A stretch of 64,000 nucleotides of DNA from Candidatus Thorarchaeota archaeon. Its GTDB lineage: Archaea; Asgardarchaeota; Thorarchaeia; Thorarchaeales; Thorarchaeaceae. The notes below the pieces were generated by a model. That model was not told the origin of the DNA. It searched no databases and saw nothing but the letters and a program-made list of their open reading frames with translations. The translations under genes and the position numbers were made by a program. Below, one piece after another: positions 46,783-56,674 of this stretch. The number at the start of each line of letters is the position of its first letter. The stretch's first letter is position 1. The DNA is taken from the NCBI GenBank assembly GCA_046482545.1, contig JAWOEX010000010.1, positions 32,001 to 96,000 on the forward strand, read 5' to 3'.

Positions 46783-47511
46783 TTAATGCTCCCTGAGACT
46801 GAAATAGATTCGCTGTTTTTCAGATCCCATATTCTTGTTCTCCGTAATTTCGATTCCACCAATCTCTCTTGTATTCCTAACATGTGTACCGGCACACGAA
46901 GCAGCATCATAATCTCCAATGACTATAATGCGGAAGATTTTCACGAAATCGGGTACCATTTGGATGTACCTTGTTTGGTATCCGCGTGACTCAAGGAATT
47001 CAACAGCCTCCTCACGTGGCATAAATCGCATCTCTACATCAATGCCTTTTTGAATAATTGAGTTGACCCCGTCTTCTACTTCACGTTTCATGTCGTTGCC
47101 GAAATCATCAATGGGTTGATAATCAGCACGACCATGGTCCGGCTTAATCATACTTCCTGCAGTCTCAAGGCCATAGTTCTTTTGGAGGTATCGAGATAAT
47201 ATATGCTGAGCCGTGTGGAACCTCATGCAACGAAATCGGCGGTCCCAGTCAATAATCCCGTGAACATCATCGCCAACTTCGATGCCTTCCACAGAATCGA
47301 CCTTGTGGTATACAGTCTGGCCTTTCTTTTTCGCCTGCTTCACCCGAAACTCCTTGTCACCAATCAGCAGTACTCCGCTATCACCTACTTGACCACCGCC
47401 CTCAGGATAAAAGGCAGTACGATCTAGCACTACCGAATCCTTGGTAATTTTCTCTACTTCGGCATCAAATTCTCGGGCATAATTATCTTTCATATGTAGC
47501 ATTTCAGTCAT
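46783..47511 (-). CDS. alaXM: Free-standing alanyl-tRNA editing protein AlaX-M
   Basis: LDRTAFYPEGGGQ..D.G, IDWDRR..MRFHTAQH, CAGTHV.NT.EIG. Confidence 0.92.
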   Translation of the reverse strand: MTEMLHMKDNYAREFDAEVEKITKDSVVLDRTAFYPEGGGQVGDSGVLLIGDKEFRVKQAKKKGQTVYHKVDSVEGIEVGDDVHGIIDWDRRFRCMRFHTAQHILSRYLQKNYGLETAGSMIKPDHGRADYQPIDDFGNDMKREVEDGVNSIIQKGIDVEMRFMPREEAVEFLESRGYQTRYIQMVPDFVKIFRIIVIGDYDAASCAGTHVRNTREIGGIEITENKNMGSEKQRIYFSLREH

Positions 47512-47523
47512 TGTTGATAACCT

Positions 47524-48030
47524 CTACTGACGGCGGTGGCGCTGCCATTCATTCAAGGCTAGCTGCTTAGCTTCCTCTACTTCCCGAACGTTGAAATCTA
47601 CTCCCACCATCTCTGTTGCAGCCTCCACTACATCGAACACTTCTTGCCGCTTAAGAGTTGGCAAGTCGTCAAGAATCGCCCTCATAGTATCAATATCAAC
47701 GCCGTGCTGAATCATATAGTCTGAAAAATCGCCTGTCGATACAGGAATGTAACCAGCTTCGCTTGATGGTTCCAAACCGATTTTGTTCATTTTGCTCTCA
47801 AAGATGTCAGTGATTATCTCCCGTCGAGATCTTGTAACTGGTGCTTTTGGCTCCTTTCCCTTCTTGATATCGGAATGCATATCCTTTATCTTTCGAATCT
47901 CAGGGGGTTCTGTGGGCTCAAGAAATCTACGGCGAGCGAAATATAGGACAGCAACGAGAAGAATCAAAATGACAAGAACAATCAATATTGGTTGTCCTAA
48001 TAAACTTCCAAGCGAATCGGGGAATTGCAT
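47524..48030 (-). CDS. Single-TM protein homologous to the anchor and cytoplasmic tail of the giant surface protein
   Basis: TM, then PPEIRKIK..HSDIKKGKEP..SRREII.DIF, aligning by eye with the giant protein tail. Confidence 0.7.
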   Translation of the reverse strand: MQFPDSLGSLLGQPILIVLVILILLVAVLYFARRRFLEPTEPPEIRKIKDMHSDIKKGKEPKAPVTRSRREIITDIFESKMNKIGLEPSSEAGYIPVSTGDFSDYMIQHGVDIDTMRAILDDLPTLKRQEVFDVVEAATEMVGVDFNVREVEEAKQLALNEWQRHRRQ

Positions 48031-48153
48031 TCCTGTGGGACCTCGCAGAGAGCTAGTTCTACTTGCAACAGCACTAAAGGTCAACTTTAAGGTTTCTACC
48101 AGCAGTCATCAAAACTACATTCGGGAGTTCCATGTCATCTAGAGTATTCTCAT

Positions 48154-48726
48154 TCAGGCCCATCTAGCCTTGTCTTCATCTTCCTCTTGCTTTTCCCTTA
48201 CTTCCTGTTCCAGCTGTGAACGGCTTTGCTCAGGATCGAGATTGTCCCATTGTGGGGGCTTCTTTTCAACTTCTTCTTTCTCATACTCTTGAGAGGGTAC
48301 TGGTTTCTCCTCTCCCTCGTCGGGTCCATGGGCGTCATAGGAATCGTCGTCGGTTTCTTCTTCCTCCTCGTAAGGATATTCTTCATATTCCTCTTCCTCG
48401 TAGGAACGCTCCTCAAATTCTTCTTCTTTTTCTGCTTCTGGTTCCTCCGCCTCATAGAACTCGCGTTCCTTCTCGCATTCTTCTTCGGTATCTATCTCTT
48501 CATAGGAATACTCTTCAGATTCCTTCTCTTCTTCACTATCTTCGTCCTCTCCCTCGAACTCAATTTCCTCTGCAATCGGGATTTTTCCGGATTCGATTTT
48601 TTCAAGAAGTAGATTGAACATCCGTTCGATTACGGTAGCTTTCCCCTTCGCTTCGAATTCCAGCGAGCCCAGCTCGAATTCGAACTCTATTTGTTCATCC
48701 TTTTTCTTCGCCTCTTTACGCACCAT
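48154..48726 (-). CDS. Highly acidic, Tyr-interspersed low-complexity protein with a small N-terminal domain
   Basis: Beta-beta-alpha-like N-terminus (IEFEFELGSLEFEAKG..VIERMF), then a Glu-rich tail. Confidence 0.7.
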   Translation of the reverse strand: MVRKEAKKKDEQIEFEFELGSLEFEAKGKATVIERMFNLLLEKIESGKIPIAEEIEFEGEDEDSEEEKESEEYSYEEIDTEEECEKEREFYEAEEPEAEKEEEFEERSYEEEEYEEYPYEEEEETDDDSYDAHGPDEGEEKPVPSQEYEKEEVEKKPPQWDNLDPEQSRSQLEQEVREKQEEDEDKARWA

Positions 48727-48850
48727 TTGTTTTCACGTTTCTCCTTTGACTCTTTTGTATTAATAAAGGATATTCACAGATGTTCGGTAACCTTTGCCAA
48801 AGCTTTTAGAGAAATACGACCACACAATCCTCGGCCGAGGTGGCCTATAG

Positions 48851-49345
48851 TTGCCTCAACAACTTACTGTGGACTATCAGAAATGTACGGGATGCCGGCT
48901 TTGCGAATTAGCTTGCTCAGCTCACCATGAAGGGAAATTTCAACCAAGCTTGGCGCGACTGAAGATTGTGCGGTACGATGATTTGGGAATTGATATTCCG
49001 AATGTTTGCGGTCCCTGCGAAGAGGCACCTTGCGTTGATGTTTGCCCGACATACGCAATGCGGCGAGACCCAGTTACCAAGATGACCTATGTGGAACATG
49101 AAAAATGCATTCTCTGCAAATCGTGTATTGGAGCATGTGTCAACGGCGTTATTCGCCTAGATACTGAAAGGATGCGGATTATCAAATGTGATCATTGTGG
49201 AGGGGATCCTAGGTGTGTTAAGATTTGCCCGACAGGAGCAATTCAATATGGGCCGCCTGCAAGAACCACAGTTGTTGACCGGCATGATAAGGCAGAAGCA
49301 TATCTCTCAGAGATGGCTCGTACTGCAAGTGAAGGTGAGGCATAG
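48851..49345 (+). CDS. 4x[4Fe-4S] DmsB/HydN-like ferredoxin subunit (AOR partner)
   Basis: CTGCRLCELAC, CGPCEEAPCVDVCP, CILCKSCIGAC, CDHCGGDPRCVKICP. Confidence 0.92.
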   Translation: MPQQLTVDYQKCTGCRLCELACSAHHEGKFQPSLARLKIVRYDDLGIDIPNVCGPCEEAPCVDVCPTYAMRRDPVTKMTYVEHEKCILCKSCIGACVNGVIRLDTERMRIIKCDHCGGDPRCVKICPTGAIQYGPPARTTVVDRHDKAEAYLSEMARTASEGEA

Positions 49346-51241
49346 ATGACCGTTGGAGGATACAAGGAATCAATTCTACGAGTCGACCTTACTAACGAGC
49401 AATTCAAGCACGAACAGATTCCTAAGGAATGGATTGTGGACTACATCGGTGGTGATGGATTTGCAGCCAAGATTCTTTTTGAAGAAGTGCCACCAGAATG
49501 TCGGCCCTTGGATGAGGGTAACAAACTGATTCTTGCAACTGGCCCGGTCACAGGAACCCTTTGGCCAACGAGTGGGAGGTCTGCTTTCTTTTCAAAAGCA
49601 GCACTAACGGGAATCTGGGGAGAAAGTCATGTGGGGGGATTCTTAGGACCTGAGCTGAAGTATGCAGGTTATGACCTTCTTGTGGTGGAAGGGCGTTCTG
49701 AGAAACCCGTTTACATTAGTATCGTTGATTCAGATTTGCGTCTGAAAGATGCTACTGATTTGTGGGGAAAAACAACAGATACGACTACGTCAGAGATTCG
49801 TCGCTTGCAACAGGATCCCGATACGCAGGTTGCAGCAATTGGTCCGGCAGGTGAACACGGTGTTCGTTTTTCGTCCATTATCGTCAATCACGCTCGAGCA
49901 GCTGGTCGAACTGGAATGGGCGCAGTTCTTGGCTCTAAAAATGTCAAAGGCATCGCTATTCGAGGGCGAGGGCCAGTCGAAGTGCATGACCACGAAGCCT
50001 TCGTAGAATTAGCGAAAGACGCACATAGGAGGACTCGGGAAAATCCTCAGGCTCAGGAGATGAGCAAGTGGGGTACATGGTCACTAACGGCAACAAAACA
50101 AGAAATAGGTGAACTCCCAACATATAATCATAGAACAGGTGTCTTCTCAGGTTGGGAGAGGCTGAGTGCCAGTTATATCCGTCCGCGATACACGGTGTCG
50201 GATCGAGCTTGTTTTGGCTGCAGTATTGGGTGCAAAAAGGTCAACTACATCAAAGAAGGTGAGTATGCAGGTACGCTTGAAGAGGGACCAGAGTATGAGG
50301 GTCTGATGGCGTTTGGCAGTTCATTGGGAATTGATGATTACCCAGTTTGTCTGAAGGCAAACGAAATCTGCAATAAGTATGGAATGGATATTATTTCAGC
50401 AGGAACAACAATAGCATTTGCCATGGAGTTATTTGAACAAGGAATTCTCACTGTGGAAGATACTGGCGGATTGGAGCTTGAGTGGGGAAACAACGAGGCA
50501 GCTCTAGATCTCCTTAGAATGATTGGTGAACGGGAAGGGCTTGGTGAAGTACTATCAAAAGGAAGCAGGAAGGCTGCAAAGGCTATTGGCCCTGAAGCAG
50601 AAAAGTATGCAATGCACGTAAAGGGACTGGAAGTATCGGGTCAGGATGGGCGCACTCATAGAAGCATTGGTCTGGCGCATGCGACCGCCGCGAGGGGTGC
50701 AGACCATCTGAGAAGTCTGGTGACTGTAGATCAACTTGGATATGAAGATGTAGCTGCCAAGCGCTGGGGTAAAGACAAACTGCCTGAGATTATTGACCCA
50801 TACACTGAGAAATACAAGGCAGCGGCTGTAGTTGAAACTGAAAACGCCTATTGCATTCGTGATACGTTAATTGTTTGCTGGTATTCTGTTTCATGGCCGC
50901 CTATATTTTGGATGGAGGACTTTGCTGAATTGCTACCCTTGGCTACAGGAATTGAAGAATTCGGTAGTGTTGACAAGCTGAATCTGATTGCAGAACGACA
51001 AGTAACGCTCAAACGGCTTTTCAATGCACGAGAAGGCATCACCCGACAAGATGATATGTTGCCAAGTAGGTTTACTGATGATCCTATGCCCGAAGGACCT
51101 GGAAAGGGACAGACCGTGGACTTGAACCCGATGCTCGATGCCTATTATCGCAGGCGTGGCTGGAATAAAGAGACCGGTTTGCCCACTAATAGAACAATCA
51201 AGCATCTCTCGCTGGGATGGACAAGAGATTTAATGAATTAA
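49346..51241 (+). CDS. aor: Tungsten-containing aldehyde:ferredoxin oxidoreductase family
   Basis: LRVDLT, ESHVGG, IGPAGE, AAGRTGMGAVLGSKN, CFGCSIGC, EGPEYE, GMDIIS, VKGLE, RGADH, YY..RGW. Confidence 0.93.
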   Translation: MTVGGYKESILRVDLTNEQFKHEQIPKEWIVDYIGGDGFAAKILFEEVPPECRPLDEGNKLILATGPVTGTLWPTSGRSAFFSKAALTGIWGESHVGGFLGPELKYAGYDLLVVEGRSEKPVYISIVDSDLRLKDATDLWGKTTDTTTSEIRRLQQDPDTQVAAIGPAGEHGVRFSSIIVNHARAAGRTGMGAVLGSKNVKGIAIRGRGPVEVHDHEAFVELAKDAHRRTRENPQAQEMSKWGTWSLTATKQEIGELPTYNHRTGVFSGWERLSASYIRPRYTVSDRACFGCSIGCKKVNYIKEGEYAGTLEEGPEYEGLMAFGSSLGIDDYPVCLKANEICNKYGMDIISAGTTIAFAMELFEQGILTVEDTGGLELEWGNNEAALDLLRMIGEREGLGEVLSKGSRKAAKAIGPEAEKYAMHVKGLEVSGQDGRTHRSIGLAHATAARGADHLRSLVTVDQLGYEDVAAKRWGKDKLPEIIDPYTEKYKAAAVVETENAYCIRDTLIVCWYSVSWPPIFWMEDFAELLPLATGIEEFGSVDKLNLIAERQVTLKRLFNAREGITRQDDMLPSRFTDDPMPEGPGKGQTVDLNPMLDAYYRRRGWNKETGLPTNRTIKHLSLGWTRDLMN

Positions 51242-51267
51242 ATCTCAGCAACCACTCGCTCAGCCTT

Positions 51268-52236
51268 CTACATTCTAACATAGTCTACACGATGAGTGGC
51301 ACCGCAGTTCGGGCATTGGTATTGGTCCGGTCCGACCCAGTCTATCTCCTGCCAGGATAATGGAGCTCCACAGTGACTGCATTTATCACTGATTACTGGC
51401 TTCACGAAAACCGTACCACTTGATTGACTCCCAGAAGTAACCTGCATTTCTTCTTCTGTCTCAGTTGCTCTAGCCATGGGTGAAGTCTGCTCGTAGTCTT
51501 GAATATCATATTGCGAGAGTGGATGACGTGCCTTAATGTAGTCGTAAGGACGAACCAACCAGTCAAGATGGTCGTCAGGCACTGTGTCCCATGCCCGTGC
51601 TTGCCAGACTCTCAAAAGGTGGTCCTGTCGCGGGACTTTACCCCGAATCTTGAAGTCGCCTGTCTTGCACTCAATTTTCAATTCGCCTCTTTTGGATTCA
51701 AAGGTGTGAACCCAGTGCATCGGAAAGATGAATAACTTATTCTTACGAGAATCTCGCTGATATAGGCGGTAATTAGTTAAGATAAACGAATCTGGATAGT
51801 ACGTGAAGATTTCTTCTCCCTTAATCCATGCATAAACTCGATAGAAGTGCTGAGAAAACTTCCTGTGGTAGCCTATAGTCGTCCAATGATTGTATGGATG
51901 TCGTTCATGCACAAAAGGTACTGATGACACCTCGCATAGTTTCCGTTGGTCACCCACATTCAAATCATCGAATTCCCTCATGCTCAGCGCAGAGCGTATC
52001 TCCTCTCTTCTGGGCATATTTCCCAATACATTGACAATACCATTAATGACCTTGAACATAGCCTTGCGTGATGTCAGCTTGTACTCCTTGATTATGTGAA
52101 GCGGAAGGCTGACACTGGTTCGAGAACCATGGTCATATTGGATTAGGCGATAATTGGTTAGGATGTATTCATCGGCTTGTGCGAGTTTTCGCTCGCTTTC
52201 AATTGGGATATATACAAGGGAAGAGCTCGGAGTCAA
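51268..52236 (-). CDS. Tandem PH-like (bPH/GRAM-like) domains plus C-terminal zinc ribbon
   Basis: Duplicated ILTNYRL..D...h.hP.h units; CSHC..CPNC. Confidence 0.6.
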   Translation of the reverse strand: MTPSSSLVYIPIESERKLAQADEYILTNYRLIQYDHGSRTSVSLPLHIIKEYKLTSRKAMFKVINGIVNVLGNMPRREEIRSALSMREFDDLNVGDQRKLCEVSSVPFVHERHPYNHWTTIGYHRKFSQHFYRVYAWIKGEEIFTYYPDSFILTNYRLYQRDSRKNKLFIFPMHWVHTFESKRGELKIECKTGDFKIRGKVPRQDHLLRVWQARAWDTVPDDHLDWLVRPYDYIKARHPLSQYDIQDYEQTSPMARATETEEEMQVTSGSQSSGTVFVKPVISDKCSHCGAPLSWQEIDWVGPDQYQCPNCGATHRVDYVRM

Positions 52237-52319
52237 TTCGGTACACCATCCGGTGATTAGTGTAGTACATACTTTTCTTTTTCATTAAAAGGTTGACCAT
52301 GTCTATTGGTCTGCAATGA

Positions 52320-52568
52320 CTACTTCCGGGAAATCGAGAGATACAAGATATCAGAATAGCCAAGAATGCCAAAGCCGGAGGGATTTTCCAGCTTCACATG
52401 GTCATCGTTGATTTCGTTTACCTGCACATTAGGAATCTTAGCAAGCGTGTCCTTCTGTTGGTATCGCAAATAGACCGTGAAGGTCGTTTCGGTATTCTTC
52501 AAATCTTCAAATATACGCTTCCAGTTTATTTCAGCCAAGCTTTTTTCCTCCGCTGTCCTGTAAGTCAC
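52320..52568 (-). CDS. Small beta-barrel (Sm/SH3-like) protein
   Basis: Helix followed by strands VNEINDDHVKL..GILGYSDILYLSI. Confidence 0.45.
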   Translation of the reverse strand: MTYRTAEEKSLAEINWKRIFEDLKNTETTFTVYLRYQQKDTLAKIPNVQVNEINDDHVKLENPSGFGILGYSDILYLSISRK

Positions 52569-52617
52569 TTATCCTAATGGGGAATTTAACCCTTGCTGAA
52601 TGATGAATTAGCGATTC

Positions 52618-53091
52618 TTATTTTGAAGGGGAAGGGAATTTCTTCCCTTTTGCGATGTGTGGCTGAAGACCCAGCTTCTTGAAAATTCTGTCCAGAATGT
52701 CCGCTGTAGATTGATTTGTTGTTTGCCGAAACAGGTGGGTACCACAGTTCCTTTTGCAATCAGAGGCACCGAACCCCGGTGGGCCTTGCTCGAAGTCATC
52801 GCTGCTCTTTATGCTCTGGGCTAGATCACATTCCATTGTTTCATCTGTCCTAGCCCATACTGCGCTTTCAATTTCTACATCCATGTCTAACAGGTAATCG
52901 ATGTGCCAATGAATTGTCTTTGTATCAGAGAAGTGACGGCCCAGTCTGTTTTCTAAACTTGTGGAGCCTATCCCCAATGCAGACCCAACATAGACATAGG
53001 CCCCCTTCTCTAGAGTTAGTTTTCCTAGTCCTCCTGTTGTGAGAGTCAGTTGCTTACTGATTTGGATTATAAGTGCGTATACGCCTTTCAT
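52618..53091 (-). CDS. DUF123 / GIY-YIG (Uri) nuclease-family protein
   Basis: KGVYAL, GAYVYVGSA, RLGRH, HWHIDYL, EC.LA, GFGASDC..C.THL. Confidence 0.88.
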   Translation of the reverse strand: MKGVYALIIQISKQLTLTTGGLGKLTLEKGAYVYVGSALGIGSTSLENRLGRHFSDTKTIHWHIDYLLDMDVEIESAVWARTDETMECDLAQSIKSSDDFEQGPPGFGASDCKRNCGTHLFRQTTNQSTADILDRIFKKLGLQPHIAKGKKFPSPSK

Positions 53092-53128
53092 GATTTGAAA
53101 ACCTGCCGGGTTAACATCACTGTTGAAT

Positions 53129-54172
53129 CTATCTTCTATTCTTCATAGATGGCTTTGCAACCTTCTTGATGAATCGCCAGGCTTGCCTACTGTTTAGCAC
53201 CCCTGCTTCCAGCTCTCTTAGGATTCTATAGACTGATGGACCAACCATACCCCAACCCATGTTATGGAGCTTCCTGAGGAAATTACAACCGAATGTCTCT
53301 CGCCTGGGTGAAAACCCGTGGTGTTTCAGTATATCCTTCATTCGGTATTTCGTCAAGCTCAGAAGTGCCGGTAAGTGGATTTGGAGCATCCCATCTTGTT
53401 CCTGTAGGGCCTGCCTCCCTGTTGGAAGGCTTTGACCCGTCACTACAATATTGTGCCCATCCGCTTTGGCTTCTTCAATGACCTTCGCCATGAGCGCTGT
53501 ATGACATTCACCGCAGGGATGAATCCGCCCTTGTCTTGATTTTTCCATAATACCCTCAATCATGCTTGGGACTTCTACAATGCGGCAAGTAGCATCAAGC
53601 TTTTCACAGACCTCTACTATGGCACGTATGTCTGGGGGTGCCAAGACTTGAGGATGCGGAGATATCGTATAGGCTACGCACTCCATTTCGGCATCTCGAA
53701 GAATAACTAGGGCCGCAGAGCTATCCACCCCTCCTGAATAGGCAACTGCTGCAAGTCCCTTATTGTTGTCTGGCTGGTAATCATGCAGTGACTGAGCCGG
53801 AAACGCAATCTCAAGTGCGATGAGAGCCTCAAGCCAGGGAAATAGGTTATTATCACTAAATTTGCTTGTAGTCATAAGTTCGTGCAGCCTGTGCTTGCTG
53901 GCTTCAAGTCTTACCCGTCTAAGCGCCAGCTCGTCCGCTCCATGAAATGCTACATCCTTTCCTATTTGTCGTGCGATTTTAGCCGCTAGCCTACCCCCAG
54001 GGCCTATACATTGGCTTTTCTCAGCTCTGTCAGGAACGATTGCATGAAGTTGGCCTTCTGGATGCTCAAGAACTTTCCGTACTTGAGGGTTTTCTCCTCG
54101 GTCTAGGTTCAAGCTCTTTCTTGTATCTTCTAGCAGTCGCGCCATTTCTACAGCATCCATCCAATAAGCCAC
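53129..54172 (-). CDS. Archaeal PP-loop ATPase with an N-terminal KH-like domain (COG1365-like)
   Basis: DRAEKS..IGPGG, AYSGGVDSS, HPCGECH, LPALL, FGC, RILRELEAG. Confidence 0.82.
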   Translation of the reverse strand: MAYWMDAVEMARLLEDTRKSLNLDRGENPQVRKVLEHPEGQLHAIVPDRAEKSQCIGPGGRLAAKIARQIGKDVAFHGADELALRRVRLEASKHRLHELMTTSKFSDNNLFPWLEALIALEIAFPAQSLHDYQPDNNKGLAAVAYSGGVDSSAALVILRDAEMECVAYTISPHPQVLAPPDIRAIVEVCEKLDATCRIVEVPSMIEGIMEKSRQGRIHPCGECHTALMAKVIEEAKADGHNIVVTGQSLPTGRQALQEQDGMLQIHLPALLSLTKYRMKDILKHHGFSPRRETFGCNFLRKLHNMGWGMVGPSVYRILRELEAGVLNSRQAWRFIKKVAKPSMKNRR

Positions 54173-54232
54173 CTGTACCGTTCAGAAGCTCGATACCATC
54201 TTAAGTTGCCGGGTCCACTATGAAATAGGAAA

Positions 54233-55180
54233 ATGCCTTCCAAGATACTTCCTAGCGTCTACCGCATAGAAGGAGAATATGCTGGAGAGTACGGTTATTT
54301 ATCTAGCTATCTGTATATAGCTGATGATGAATGTCTGGTGATTGATCCCCGAACAGCCGGTAGTCCTGGTAAAAAGATACTCAAAGCAATCAAAACCCTT
54401 GGTTTGAAAGCTTCCCGAGATGTCATAGGTATCCTGTGTACCCATGCTCACCCGGATCATGTTGGCGGGGTGAAGATGCTGAAGGAAGAGACCGGTGCTC
54501 CCGTGATTATACATGCAGATGCCGTACCTCTGCTCAGAGAGCCCGGTCTTTTCACAAAGTCCCGCTTAAGGCTAAACCTCTCTGAGCGAATAGCGATGAA
54601 GTTCGAGAGAGGTCCCTTACGAGTTAACTATGATGGCCAAGAAGCAGACAGAATCCTCAATGACAGAGACTTGGTGCATATAGGCAATAGTACACTTCGG
54701 ACGATACTTACTGCTGGCCATTCTGCAGGCCATTGTGCATTCTATGATTCTGATCGCAAGATTCTATTCTGCGGAGACGAAATCACCAACTTTCCAAATA
54801 GCCCTAGAAAATTCTACGTTGACCTGTCGGGAAGCATGATAGCAAAACGATGCGCTCTCGAAAAGATAAAGAAGATGGAAATTGACTATCTCCTTCCTGC
54901 TCATGATATACCTCATCTTTTCGGAGACGTGAGGACGCAGATTGTAGAGTCACTCAGTGGAGTGATAGCTTTCCAAGACTCAGTTCTTGAGCACGTATGC
55001 ATACGGGGAGAAGCAGATATTGAGCAACTCGTATTCGATATTACGAAAGCCAACTCGATACCATATCCCAAGGAGATGAAGGCGCTTCTGCCAACAACAA
55101 TCCTCGTAGCGCTTAGAAGTCTTCAGAAGGCCGGATTGGTCTTTGAGGAAGAAGGCATTTGGATGTCAGAGAATTGCTGA
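54233..55180 (+). CDS. MBL-fold metallo-hydrolase
   Basis: THAHPDHVGG, AGHSAGH, LFCGD, LPAH. Confidence 0.9.
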   Translation: MPSKILPSVYRIEGEYAGEYGYLSSYLYIADDECLVIDPRTAGSPGKKILKAIKTLGLKASRDVIGILCTHAHPDHVGGVKMLKEETGAPVIIHADAVPLLREPGLFTKSRLRLNLSERIAMKFERGPLRVNYDGQEADRILNDRDLVHIGNSTLRTILTAGHSAGHCAFYDSDRKILFCGDEITNFPNSPRKFYVDLSGSMIAKRCALEKIKKMEIDYLLPAHDIPHLFGDVRTQIVESLSGVIAFQDSVLEHVCIRGEADIEQLVFDITKANSIPYPKEMKALLPTTILVALRSLQKAGLVFEEEGIWMSENC

Positions 55181-55269
55181 TAAGATTGCCACCCATTTCA
55201 GCTACGAACAGGTTTGCAATGGAAACCTATATACGGAATAGCTCGGCGCATCGTTGTGGTGGCTAATCC

Positions 55270-56670
55270 TTGACAAAGAGATTTACTCCCTCCGGGGTAA
55301 TGCCCGCACTTGTTACACCATTCACTAGACATGGTGATATACATGAAGAGGGCCTCAAGGAGGTAATAGATTACACTATTGAGAAAGGGTGTACGGGGGT
55401 GGTTCCTGCAGGAACCACCGGTGAATTTGTCTACATGCGAACTGAAGAGAGAAAGAAGTTACTCAAACTGACAGTAGAACATGTGGATGGCCGTGTCCCT
55501 GTGGTAGCTGGAACTGGACAGAACAGCACCCGCGCCACAATCAGCCTTACAAAGTACGCTGCTGATTTGGGCTGTGATGCAGCTCTGGTTGTTTCACCTT
55601 TCTTCTTGCGCCCAGATGATAAAGGGTACTACCAACATTATGCAGATGTAGCAAGAGAAGGGAATCTTCCTGTAATCCTGTATAATATCCCTCAATGTAC
55701 CCTTGGGACCCTACAATCCAACGTCGTTCAGGATTTGGCGGATCTCGACAATATCGTTGGAATCAAGGATAGTGGAGGGGATATCGGTCATACAATGGAA
55801 CTAATACAGAAGGTTAGTGACAGAATCCCTGTCCTGATAGGACATGATGAGTGCTTCCTCTCAGCAGTATCTGCTGGAGCTAGCGCTGCTATTATGGCTT
55901 CAGCAAATATTATGCCACATATCTGGCTGGAAATAATGGAGTGTGTCCAGAACGGAAACTTCGAGAAAGCACGAAAAATGCAACTGGATGCTCAGACGCT
56001 TGCCAGAATAGTCACAAGAAATGGGGGTGCTCCACCTGTGAAGGCTGCCCTCAAAATGATGGGTATTGAAGCGGGATATTCTCGAATGCCACTTGATTCT
56101 GGAGGAACACTTACACGGGAACTGAAGGAAGAAATCAGATTGGAGCTTGAAAAGCTTGGCCTGATAGAAACTCCAACTAGGTCACCACTTCAGGAAAAGC
56201 CTGACGTACGGAAATTAGCTACCGACCTTGGCTTTGAGAATCCCGATTTTGAAGGGTGTAGATTCGCTACAGCGGCGAATGATACAGTCTCGGTGACTGT
56301 TGTTACTGGAAAGAAGAAATCAGCAATTGGAGATTTCTTTGTAAGGCTACTCACCACACCCAAACAGGGCTATGAAGGGCTTACCGTTATTCTAGAGCCA
56401 AATTTGGCGGTAAAACCGAGCTCATTAATGGTTCCTGCCAGAGGAATACAATCCATGCGTCAAGCTTCTCTTTTCTATGGCCCCGTTCAATCCGGTGCTG
56501 CTAAGGCGATAGCAGCCACAGTGGAATCTGGTGCTATAAGCGAAGAGAGAATCGACGACACGTTGATGATTCTAATGCTAGATGTGAACTTGGACTCGCG
56601 TGACCGCAGGAAGATAGTCACAGCCACGGAAGAAGTAGTCGCTGAAGCAATGAGTTCTATTTGGAGCTGA
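55270..56670 (+). CDS. DapA/NAL-family class I aldolase fused to a degenerate Fae domain
   Basis: ALVTPF, GTTGE, YNIP, GIKDS. C-terminal LTVILEPNLAVKP.SL....RQASLFYGPVQSGAAKA matches Fae. Confidence 0.85.
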   Translation: MTKRFTPSGVMPALVTPFTRHGDIHEEGLKEVIDYTIEKGCTGVVPAGTTGEFVYMRTEERKKLLKLTVEHVDGRVPVVAGTGQNSTRATISLTKYAADLGCDAALVVSPFFLRPDDKGYYQHYADVAREGNLPVILYNIPQCTLGTLQSNVVQDLADLDNIVGIKDSGGDIGHTMELIQKVSDRIPVLIGHDECFLSAVSAGASAAIMASANIMPHIWLEIMECVQNGNFEKARKMQLDAQTLARIVTRNGGAPPVKAALKMMGIEAGYSRMPLDSGGTLTRELKEEIRLELEKLGLIETPTRSPLQEKPDVRKLATDLGFENPDFEGCRFATAANDTVSVTVVTGKKKSAIGDFFVRLLTTPKQGYEGLTVILEPNLAVKPSSLMVPARGIQSMRQASLFYGPVQSGAAKAIAATVESGAISEERIDDTLMILMLDVNLDSRDRRKIVTATEEVVAEAMSSIWS

Positions 56671-56674
56671 GAAA

